64,000 nucleotides of DNA. Source: Felis catus (Eukaryota). Below the pieces are notes generated by a model. The model searched no databases. It saw nothing but the letters and a program-made list of their open reading frames with translations, and had not been told where the DNA came from. The DNA lies in assembly GCF_018350175.1 (NCBI RefSeq), contig NC_058368.1, forward strand, positions 31,312,001 through 31,376,000. The letters run 5' to 3'. Below, piece by piece: positions 53,427 to 64,000 of this stretch. Position numbers and translations under genes: made by a program. Every line of letters begins with the position of its first letter. Within the stretch, counting starts at the first letter, position 1.

Positions 53427-54017
53427 ATGGCAGTGCTTTTCAACCTGAAAGTTGTGGCTGGGGATGTCAATCTTGAAATGTTTTTGAAATGATTGTTTCA
53501 GTTTGAGTGTATGTGTCTTTATATTAGGTTAAAGTATTAAATGAATTCTAACTATTGGTCTTGGCCAAAAGACTTGCGGAAAAGAAAGATGATAGAGATC
53601 ACTTCCTACTTTAGAGTTTAATCCTAGTAATGTGCATTGTTAGGCTCACCCAGGAATACTCAAAGGAAATACTTAAATCATTTTGTGTATTTCCCTGCTT
53701 AATGGTTTGTGATGTAAATGTTATAGCTTGAATCTTCCAGGATCGTTGGCATGTCTACATCCACATCTCCATCTACATCATGTACATCTACATCATGTAC
53801 GTTTATATATCTATAAAATCAACAAATAAACAAATACCAAAAGAACGTTTCTCTTCAAGAATTGTCTTGGACCACAGGAAATAGACTTTGGCTTTCTAGC
53901 TTACTGTCTTGAATTCCATTTCAGGCCACTTGAATCACTTTTCCTAAACCTTATCATCTACTCAATAGGAGGAAAGCCTAGAGGCAAAAGGAAAATATGC
54001 AGAAAAGAAAAGCTTTA

Positions 54018-54216
54018 GGGGAACCTGGGTGGCTCAGTCAGTTAAGCCAGGTCTTTGGCCAGGTCAAGTGCCTAGGTCTTATGAGTTTGACTCCCATACC
54101 AGACTCTCTGCATTCAACAAATAGCCTCCTTCAGATCCTCTGTCTCCCTCTCTCTGCCTTTCCCCTGCTAGTGCATGCATGCATACTCTGTGTCTTAGAA
54201 ATAATAAACATTTTTT
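54018..54216 (+). mobile_element. CanSINE (diverged)
   Basis: ggggaacctgggtggctcagtc head; TSD aagcttta. Confidence 0.88.
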
Positions 54217-54439
54217 AAGATAAGCTTTAATTTTAATCGAGTAACACCCTTTCTTTTCATATCTATAAAACTGATCTCATTTAGGCCTTTGCAATCTCTG
54301 TTTTGGATTTGTCTGAAAATCTCCTTACCATTCTACAGTTTCCAGACTCAATGCTAGTTATTGTATTCTCCCTAGTATCACACAATCACAAAGGCCAAGG
54401 GATCTTTATAATATAAAAATCTGACTTTGTCATTTGTTC

Positions 54440-54965
54440 CTGTTAGATTATTTATGGAAGAGTAACAAACTACCCCAAAACCAAGTGACTTAAAACACAG
54501 CCATTTTTATAATATTGGCCCAGAATTCCCAGCAGGGATGAGATGAATGATGACTCTTTTCCATTTAACATTGATGGAGTTCACTGCGAGCTGTTCAGGG
54601 GCATATGTTCTGATCTGTAGGATCCAAAGCAGCTTCACTCACATGTCTGGTGCCTGGGTAGGGACAACTGAAAGACAGGCCCAGCTAAGATAATGAACCA
54701 GGGTATCTATGAGGGGCCTCATCTACATAGTCAGACTTCATATGGGGAGGCTTAGGGCTCCCAGAGAAAGCATTCCAAGGAATTTGAAGTGGATTCTGGC
54801 AGTCTCTTAGTGCATGGGCCCAGCAACTGATATATGATTTCTGCCATATTCTTTACATCAATATTGCTATTAAGACCAGCCTAGATTTAAAAGGAGTAGA
54901 ATGAGTGGACTCCACTTCTCAAGTGGGAGAAGTGACAAAGAATTTGAACCATCTTTAGTACATTA
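54440..54965 (-). mobile_element. MaLR solo LTR (MLT1H/I/J-like)
   Basis: gtaacaaactaccccaaaaccaagtgacttaaaac...ctcacatgtctggtgcct...gactccacttctc...aaagaatttg. Confidence 0.75.
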
Positions 54966-55019
54966 CTCCTCTGCTCAAAATATCTTTTCTATGTAACTTT
55001 TTAAAATGGTTACTATCTA

Positions 55020-55240
55020 GGGGCTCCTGGGTGGCTCAGTTGGTTAAGCATCCATCTCCTGATTTCAGCTCAAGTCATGATCTCACTGTTCATGGGTTGA
55101 GTCCCACGTTGGACTCTGCACTGACTGCTTGGGATTCTCTCTCTCACTCTCTCTCTCTCTGCCTCTCCCCCACTAGCACTGTCTCACTATCAAAAATAAA
55201 TAAGGAAAAACATTTAAAAACTTTAAAACAATAAATAAAA
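55020..55240 (+). mobile_element. CanSINE
   Basis: TSD aaaatggttactatcta / aaaatgattattatcta. Confidence 0.93.
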
Positions 55241-55309
55241 TGATTATTATCTAGCTTTTCTATCTCATCAATTCATTTATTAAGTTTTATATTTCAGAAA
55301 ACTTGAAGT

Positions 55310-55540
55310 TTTCTAACTGTAGCAAATGCTTAAGCAGGCACTATCCTAAGCACTTTGCATAGATTGACTCATGGTATCCTTCTAATAAGTCTATAACGCA
55401 GTTTCTATTTAACAAATGAAGAAACTGAGGCATAGAGTGTTAACACAACTTTTCTCAAATTCTCAGTAATTTGTGGAGTTGTATTTGAGCCTAGAAAATG
55501 TGATCCCAAAGTACCTGCTTCTTTTCATTAACACTGGCTG
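55310..55540 (-). mobile_element. MIR
   Basis: caggcactatcctaagcactttgcat...acaaatgaagaaactgaggcatagag. Confidence 0.75.
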
Positions 55541-58097
55541 CTAGATTGTCTCTTTTCTCAGGGTTAATATCTGTTTTCCTTTCTATTGGCTCATCGTGGA
55601 CAAAAGGCCAAGTGTGTTTTCAACACCAGCTCAGTTAATATTCTCTGTGAAACTTTATTAATACTTTCCACATCCATCTACTTTAATAATGATATCCTTT
55701 GCTTATGTGTTTTGCCTATTTGCACACTAGAGGGCAATAGACACGTCCTCCAATTTTATAACCCAAGTCTCAACACAATGCAAGGCACATGACTGATGCT
55801 CTGTAATAACTTTATAAAAAAAATAATAATAAGTGACCAGAGGTGTCTCAATGAACTTGGGTTTACTTCATTCTGTACCTTACAGGGGTACAATGAAGGC
55901 TGAGCAAGTTTTATGTCATTATGTTCATACTAAAACGTATTTTAAGAATACTTTGAGGAGATGGACAAATATTCTGCTTTGTCTGAATCATAATATATGT
56001 ATTTTATAAATCTTATTAATTTTCCCCCATGCTAATGCTTAAAGGGTTCCATTTTGCAAGGAATGCTTTATTTTAGGAGCTCTCACGTTGCGTGAAGAGA
56101 TCATAAATGTTGTACATTTCTAGCTAAGGTTTCACAGAGAGACAGTGACTGTATAAAAATTCAGTGGCATTGGAGAATACTAAGAATATTATTACAGTTA
56201 GTGTAGCTATCTGGAGAAAGAGCTAAGTAACAAAATCCATATTTAATTAAAACTAAAATTGCACGGCATATTATGTGTAAGAAAGAAATGATATACATGC
56301 ATGGTATTCATTTAATCCTTAATGAGAACATCTGGTCATATTTCTAGATTTTAAATTTAGACTGCAGAATGGGGAAAGGCCTTCTTTCCCACAGGCTACA
56401 ATAGAAAGTCAAAGCTTAAATGATATAATGAGTAGATTTATGGTATTCAATTGTGGTGTCTCTAAACCTTAACATAAAATTATACTGCGGAGGATGAAAG
56501 GTGCTCAGAGAAGACAGGAACCAATATTTATCTGGTAATCAAGAAACTGTGCAGAAAGAACAATGAATGCATAAAACACACAAACCCTTGCCTGATAATT
56601 TCTTTTGGTCAATAATCCTTTATAGAGAAATAGAGAATTTAAAAGAGTTTAGTGAAAACACAAAGAGAGAATGTTCATAGAATTATATTTTCAAAATAGT
56701 GATTTTCAATGACTTGAACTAAGCTAACTGGATATTTGTGTGACAAAAAAACATATCTTCTCCAGGATGAGCTCAATGGAAATGCCTAGGAATATCCAAA
56801 TGGTACTTTAGAAATAGCATTCCACATGATTAGTGTTGAGTCATTGTTAAAGTAAAAATGGCAAATAAAATGTAAAATATTTTTTGAATATTATGAGATG
56901 CAAATATTTTAAATTATTTGCTCAAGAAGTCCAACAGAAAGTACAGAATAGAATTTGATATAAGCTAATGGTGGCAAGTCTTAACATTGGTAAAGAAGGT
57001 GATATGTTTCTATAGAGAACAAAGGAAATCATAAGTGCTTCTGTAACTATTTATATTAACGCAGAATAATTTTCAGTGGAATCTGATCTGAAATGTCATC
57101 ATATATTTTATGTAACTAGTAGTTCAATGAGTAAATTATGGAAGCTATTTAAAATAATAATGAAATAATAGTGATCTTAATAACCAAGAATGAGAATAAT
57201 CAAGGGAAAGGCATTAATTTTATTATTCACTTTTTAACAGCCATCTCTCTCTTTGAACTTTAGATTCAAAGGTTTTAAAGAATAATTTTATAAATATAAA
57301 AATTGTCTAGATAATTAGTGCTTATGTTGTATTAAGCAACTGAAATATATAATTACTTTTTTTATTATCTGAAATCACCTTGACTAATTATTGCTCACAT
57401 ATTGTATTTTTCACTTCTCAATCCAATAGTTTAGGAACTATTTATAGAAAAGAAGGATTTCATAGCATACCTTCCAAATTACATTTTAGGGTTTCTGTTC
57501 TTTGCCAATTGTTTATTGTGAACAAAGATAAATGGCTCTTGCATTTTAAAAAAATCCTTAAAAATTAACATTTAAAATATCATTTCAGTTTCTTTAATCA
57601 AAATGTACTTGGACAGATATTATTCAATATAAACAAAATGAATATAATTATTTCTTTGCCCCCTTTAGATTAAAAATAATCAGAACACACCATTTAACTA
57701 TAATCATAGCTTTTGTCTTTTCTTTAACTGGGACATTAAGAAATAGATAAGAAAGACTTTAAATGACATGTCCATGGACTATACATTTTTTATTTAATCA
57801 ATTCTGTATCCCCAGTTATGTAACACCTATTTACAATGATAGATGCTCAAAAAATATTTGTTGAATGATTAAGTGAACAATTTTCATGAGCAAGTGATTC
57901 TGGCTAAATCATATGAAACTAATTTAGAGAGCTTATTCATCAGGAGGGTCTTGAAGCTTGAAATGAACTCCACAAATGCCAGGTCTTTGCATGGAGGGGC
58001 TGGCTATCTTTGGTTGCCTGAAGTTGAGATTAACCTTTATGAATTCTTAGTAGGAATGGACCTCAGCTTCTACAGGTTTAAGAAATTACTATTTCTT

Positions 58098-58319
58098 AGG
58101 CATACCTTGATGGCTCAGTCAGTTAAGCATCCAACTTCTGCTCAGGTCATGATCTCAGGGTTCGTGGGTTCAAGACCTGCATCAGGATCTGTCCTGACAG
58201 CTCAGAGCCCAGGGCCTGCTTCAGATTCTGTGTCTCCATCTCTCTCTGCCCCTTCCCCACTCGTGCTCTGTCTCTGTCTGTCTCTCTAAAAAAATAAATG
58301 TTAAAATTTTTTAAAAAAG
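58098..58319 (+). mobile_element. CanSINE
   Basis: Typical body, CT tract and tail. Confidence 0.93.
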
Positions 58320-58350
58320 AATTAATATTGTTTAGAAGATTGATTACTAC

Positions 58351-58560
58351 AGGGCACCTAGGAGGCTAAGTTGGTTAAGCTTCCAATTTGGCTCAGGTCA
58401 TGATCTCACAGTTCCTGAGTTCAAGCCCCATGTCAAGCTCTGTGCTGACAACTCAGAGCCTGGAGCCTGATTAATATTTTGTGTCTCCCTCTCTCTCTGC
58501 CCCTCCCCTGCTCATGCCCTGTCTCTCTGTCTCTCTCAAAAATAAATAAACATAAAAAAA
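58351..58560 (+). mobile_element. CanSINE adjacent to the previous one
   Basis: Own TSD aagattgattacta / aagactgattacta. Confidence 0.93.
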
Positions 58561-59074
58561 GACTGATTACTATATAAGATTGACCATTCGTGAAAATTTT
58601 TAGTGACAAAGTTGTGTGTGTGTGTGTGTGTGTGTGTTGGCAAAATAAAATTGTGTCATGAGTAAAGTGTTTAATTGCATAGTCCAGTATATGGCTTCTG
58701 CTCACATCTATATCTACATTAGTATCTAGGGGATGGAGTTCTCCAGTCCAAGGTCTTGAGCAGGCAAGTACTGGGCACACCAATGTACCTTTCAAAAGAC
58801 CTATCCTTTTCCTACATTTGTAAAAGTTTCATTAAGTTCTATTCCAGTCTAGGAAAGTTTCCATTTCTTTAAGATTAATTTATGTATTTCCAAGTATGTA
58901 CATTTTAACTATTCTACTAGCTTAAGTTTCAATTGCAAGTATCATTTCTAACTTATACAGGTAGATGACATGTAGATTCTTCACAATTTCCACAGGACTT
59001 AGTTTAAATTTGGTTCTAGTTTATGAACACATTTGAAATCCAATTAAAAATATTGACACTCTTACTAGAAAAAA

Positions 59075-59076
<2 letters not shown>

Positions 59077-59106
<30 letters not shown>
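59077..59106. repeat. (CA)n microsatellite
   Basis: Directly visible. Confidence 0.95.
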
Positions 59107-59109
<3 letters not shown>

Positions 59110-59183
59110 ACATAGAGAGGGAGAGAGAATATATTATTACTAACACACATGCACAATTTGGCAGGGGATTCATGAACATACCT

Positions 59184-59239
59184 GATATTTATACTTATAT
59201 ACTATGACACAGATATTTATACTTATATACTATGACACA
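59184..59239. repeat. Perfect 28-bp tandem duplication
   Basis: gatatttatacttatatactatgacaca x2. Confidence 0.95.
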
Positions 59240-60862
59240 GAAGGTTTTGGAGCCATAACCTGAAGAAATTTTCTATCTAGTGAGAAAGAAATGAAAGAGT
59301 TAATGGGGTGGCACAGGTACATGGAAAGAACACGTAATGGCAGTCTCTGCAGTTATACCATAGGATCAAACTAGTCAAATATTCTTTTAAAAAGCACCTT
59401 CCTTTCTTTCTTCCAAAAAATTAAAATATCTTTTCCCCCCTTCTTAACAATTTCTACTTTCAGGAAATCCCTAGGTATTCAGAAACAAAAAGCATATGTA
59501 GGTATATTTGGGGCCAAAGATCAAGACAAACCACTTTTTTCCTTGGCAGACCCTAACTTAACCAAAAGCAATGAATGAAAGCTTTAAAACTTCAAGAGAC
59601 AAAGTGAAAGGAATTTTTAATGAAATCTATTTCGTTATTCAAGTTTAATTAAATAAAAATCAGATATCAATTTATAATAGTTTAAGTCTTTGATGGTAGT
59701 TTTCTCAAATGGCTCCAAAGTTCTAAGAAGAGTAGGAAAACACTCCCATCCTTTTTCCCAGAATGATGTCTATTCTGCTGAACTCCGCAGATAAGACTTG
59801 GTCACCACTTTGCCTCCTTCTCTGGATTCTATTCTGTCCACATGATTGTTTGACATTGGTAACACCCAATGCTTCCTTTCTCATTTCATTGAGTTTTCTT
59901 TATTCTATAATGAAAATGTTACAAAGCAATAAGCATGCAAACATTCTCCTAGAGAGGTCCAAGTAATACAAACTAAAGATTATAGCATATAAGTTTACTT
60001 TCTCTTACCAAAATATGTACGTTATCTCAGGTTTGATGCATCATGTTCCCCTGATGGCATTTTACAAATGATATATATTCATAAATGTGTAAATCATTTT
60101 CTCATGACAAATGACCAAGAATTTCCCTCAGCCCACTGAGATAGGAACATTCAAGAGGGTACACTCATACATGGACTTGGAGAGAAAAGAAAATATTACA
60201 CAGCTTATCTAACTCATTAATCATTTAAATTTAAATAATCTACTAAATTATCTCCATCACCCAGGAAACAGTGCCCAAGTGTTACCAAGCCATTGACTAA
60301 GTAGAAACCAGGTCCAATAGGTCAGAATCTGACCTATTATTAGTGCATGATGAAGTAAAGAAGAAAGAAAATTTTAAAAAGGAAGAGAAAGCCTTGCTAA
60401 ATAGGACAATAATCTGTTACTACCAGAACAAGTATAAGAAATAAGTTACCACGGTCATAAAAAAAGTAATACTGGTAACCATGTGAAAGTAATCTGACAT
60501 AAACAAAGCAATATTTTCTTTATATGAAGATAAGTGTTTCTTGTGCCTTTTTAATAATAATCAAAATATTACTTGCAATAATAAAAACAATGCAACCATT
60601 TTAAGAGTTTTTATAAAGCAAATACTGAGGAAAATATCTGTGAATTATTGTATGAACACGGTATTTTTTCATATTCACTAAAACTTCTTTGGACTCTCTC
60701 AAGTTAGCAGAACACTACTTAGTGACAGAAGGTCCCTGAATACACATTATTTTATAATCCTTAGTCTTCCTAAATTAGAACATAATTTCATCTCATATTC
60801 TCCTGTGTGCATCTGAACACATCACCTGGTCCAACAAATATGTTACTTAAAAAAAATGATCA

Positions 60863-61028
60863 GGGGGCTCTAGGGTGGCTCAGTCAGTTAAGTGACCAAC
60901 TCTTGGTTCAGCTCAGGCCACGTGATCTCATGGTTCATAGGTTCAAGCCCCATGTTGAGCTCCACACTGACAGCATGGAGCCTGCTTGGGATTCTTTCTC
61001 TCCCTCTCTTGGCCCTGTCCTGCTTGTG

Positions 61029-61072
<44 letters not shown>

Positions 61073-61092
61073 ATAAATAAACTTAAAAAAAA
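60863..61092 (+). mobile_element. CanSINE with expanded (CT)n
   Basis: Typical head; TSD aaaaaaatgat. Confidence 0.94.
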
Positions 61093-62659
61093 TGATTAGT
61101 ATCCAAAGAAGTAGTAATATCAACCACCACCATCACCTAAAAAAGAGTGTGACACACTCAAATGAACAAATGCTGTTTGTAGTCAATGATATACTGGCAC
61201 CTTAACCTAGTTTATTTCTATCAAGCCTACACAATAGACTCTGGGCCAGGAGACCTCACTAGTAAGGCCGGAAGTACTGCCTCAACACACAGAGCTATCT
61301 GCTGGGTGAGCAGAACATGGAAGTCAATGAATGAATATACCAATGATGCTTGCTTTCTGTTTTTACCCTTTAAACCAATCAAAAGTGGTTTTTTTTCCCC
61401 ATACCTACTACATTTGTAACTTTAGGAACTAGAATCAGCATAATCAATTTGTTTTCTCACTGAATATTCTTCTGAATACACTTTTAGGCTTGCCGAGTTG
61501 GATTTTTTTTAATTTAAATCGAAATCATGTGGGAATGAGAAATAAAAAATAACACTATATTCTTTAAAGCATCCAGAAACTTACCATGATCCATTTTGTT
61601 AAAAAAAACCACAAGGAATGATCTTGACAATATTTAAATGGACCTGAATACTATAGGCAATCAACATGATGAACATACATAAATAACACTTAGAAAAATT
61701 TTAAAAATGTTATTAGCAGTAGCAACATCAGTAGTTAATCCTCTTTCACCGTCTATTGTTTTATCAGTTTGTTATTTGAATATATGAGATTTTATTTTTA
61801 AACTGAGTACCTATCTACCTTTATGACTTGTTGCATACAATGCATTGAGGCCTAAATGACATTTGGGCAACAAATTTGGGGAATTATCAGAAGGCAAAAG
61901 ACAAAGGTTCCATGTCTCAGAAATGTATGAGATTCTAGGAGAAGGAGAATAATTGAGAGGAAAGTACTAATCTATGTCTTTGCTCCTGAAGCTTGAGCAG
62001 TACATTCCTTTCTTTCCATTAGTACACAGCGAGATCTACCTCAGAGTCTGGGAAATGATAACCAACACATAAATCACATGGATGCTGTTCTAGGACTGTT
62101 GTCTCTGATGCTTCTGGAAATTGGATGTAGCCACCACCTCTTTGTCTCCTACCATCTGCACTGCGATGGTGGATCGTACTGGAGAGTCTTCATTTATGTG
62201 CCTGGGCCCTCATTATAAATTGGCTAGAAAGTAGCTCTCTGCATCCATATGGTAAGCCAGGCTCTATCTGATAAGGTGAGGGATTTACTAAATATAGGAT
62301 GGGGATGCACAGGCTGGTCAGAAATGTCTTCACACCTTCCAATCTCCACTTTCATAGTGACACAATACGTCACTTTCAGCTTACATCTTTATAACAATCT
62401 GGTGGGAGTTCATTTGATTCATAAGAGAGCATTATCAAATTTTAGTTGATTTTCTTTAAGGTAGATTGATAATAACTTTGTGAGTCCAAGAGTTTGTTAC
62501 AATCTATCAGATCAACAGTCAGACAAAGATTGAAAGAAGTGAAAAAATGAGTGAAGTGTGGATATAAGGCAGAAATAAGCAAGGAGGGAAGAGCCAGGGC
62601 TGGAATTTTAGGTGAAGGCACTAATTTCATAATCCTGTTCCTAAACACATTATAACAGC

Positions 62660-62820
62660 TATTTCAAGTGTGATCAGACTTATCTGGTGTGAAGAATTAC
62701 CTTGGGAACTTGTTATAAATACAGATTTCTAGGATCAGCCTAGATCAAACAAATCAGAGACACTTAGGCCTTGACATGTTTAAGATGATTCTTATGCTCA
62801 GATTAGTTTGCGAAAGTCTG
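62660..62820. mobile_element. MER5-like hAT MITE
   Basis: agaattaccttgggaacttgttataaatacagatttctagg...aaatcaga...gatgattcttatgc. Confidence 0.6.
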
Positions 62821-63519
62821 GGAATTTAGATCCTATTTGTTGACATTAGATCCTCAGTTGCAGTCAGTTAACCTAAGCTGCCTGGGTGAGTACTCAGTCT
62901 CCTGGTGAGACTGTGATAACTAGGAAACTGCTGTTAAAGAGACGAAGAATCACCCTTTGCCTGGCACCTAGGAATTCTTGACCCTAACTTCTTTTCGTGC
63001 CTAAACATCTCCCTAGGATTTCCATTAACTCTTCTGGACTTTAAGACACACTGACTGAAGAAATCACTTGCTATGTCAGAGTTATAGCTTTTAACTTCTC
63101 TCCTGACCTAACAGCTTTTTAAATCCTTCAACCATGAGAGCATGGCATATAATATTTATCTATTTAATATAAGACTTCTTCTTCTAATAGAATACCTGAC
63201 TGTGCCATTTATTTTAAGGTGTCCTCTTTCTACTGATCCAGACAGATACTTCAGTTACAGATCCACTTTAAGAATCACAATAACGAAATAAATGGTTAAC
63301 ACTTTAGATCTCTTTAATATAAATAGAAAATAAAATACAATTTGTATTAAAAACAGCAAATGCACTTTGGATTAAAATTATCTATTTGGCTTACCAAAAC
63401 TACTGACTTTTAAGCTACAACTGGGAGGAAATGCATATTTTGAATGTAGTTATTTTTTTTCTCTTTGGGATGAAGGGGCATGTGTGACACCACCACTAGG
63501 ATGGTGTCTAGTGTAGATT

Positions 63520-63568
63520 TTAGTGTATGTGTGTCTATGTATGTGTGACGTGTAGATGGTGATAACTC

Positions 63569-63600
<32 letters not shown>

Positions 63601-63716
63601 TGAGAGGTGTGTGTAGTGATAAAGTTGTGTGTGTTATGTGTTTGTGTGGTGTGTAGACAGTGATAAGGATGTGTGTGTGTTATTTGTGTATATGTGTGTG
63701 TGTCTGTGTGTGTGTG
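63520..63716. repeat. TG-rich compound repeat
   Basis: (TG)n tracts separated by recurring gtgataa spacers. Confidence 0.85.
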
Positions 63717-64000
63717 CTATTATCTACGTATTTTTATTAAGGGTTTTGGCCAGTCTTTACTAGCATCACTCTCAGGAGGAATACCATGTTACATCTGGTG
63801 TCCTTTTGATATTAATAGATCCCCCAGGTACTTACAAAATGTCCACCTGTCTCTTTGGCACAGACAAGGATTTCTGATTTCTTTGTCTTCCTTTATTCTT
63901 CAGTATCTGGATTCTTTTTGAGAATAAATTGAGTCAAGGGAAATGATGTAAAGATTTGGAATAAATCAAACAGCTTTTACAAAACCAAATTTCTGAAAAA

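Noticed and set aside
2767..61123. Recurrent short ORFs of the type MAQSVK...AQVMIS...SGSVLTAQS
   Set aside because: They are translations of CanSINE copies, not a gene family.
63520..63716. Repeat-spacer appearance of TG tracts with gtgataa units
   Set aside because: Degenerate microsatellite in mammalian DNA; nothing CRISPR-like.

Overview
This is AT-rich mammalian genomic DNA, almost certainly from a felid, judged by about 24 feliform-type CanSINEs and a cat-type L1. It is mostly intergenic and repeat-rich. I find no intact protein-coding gene inside the window. The left edge carries a probable first exon and promoter of an unidentified minus-strand gene whose exon ends in ATG|GTAAGT. Other main contents: a processed PPIL3 pseudogene (~15.5-16.4 kb, minus); a full-length but inactivated L1 with a perfect 15-bp target-site duplication (TSD) (47.5-53.4 kb, minus); an older L1 lacking about 3.6 kb internally, with a templated-insertion scar at the junction (22.5-25.5 kb); a MaLR LTR-internal-LTR relic; solo LTRs; a MER47/Tigger element carrying three nested SINEs; L2/MIR/L1M relics; and microsatellites. 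Two good CTCF-like motifs and a dispersed ~50-bp duplication are also visible. I found no convincing novel biological system; the findings are local structural or regulatory observations. Repeat family names are from memory of consensus sequences, not a database search.
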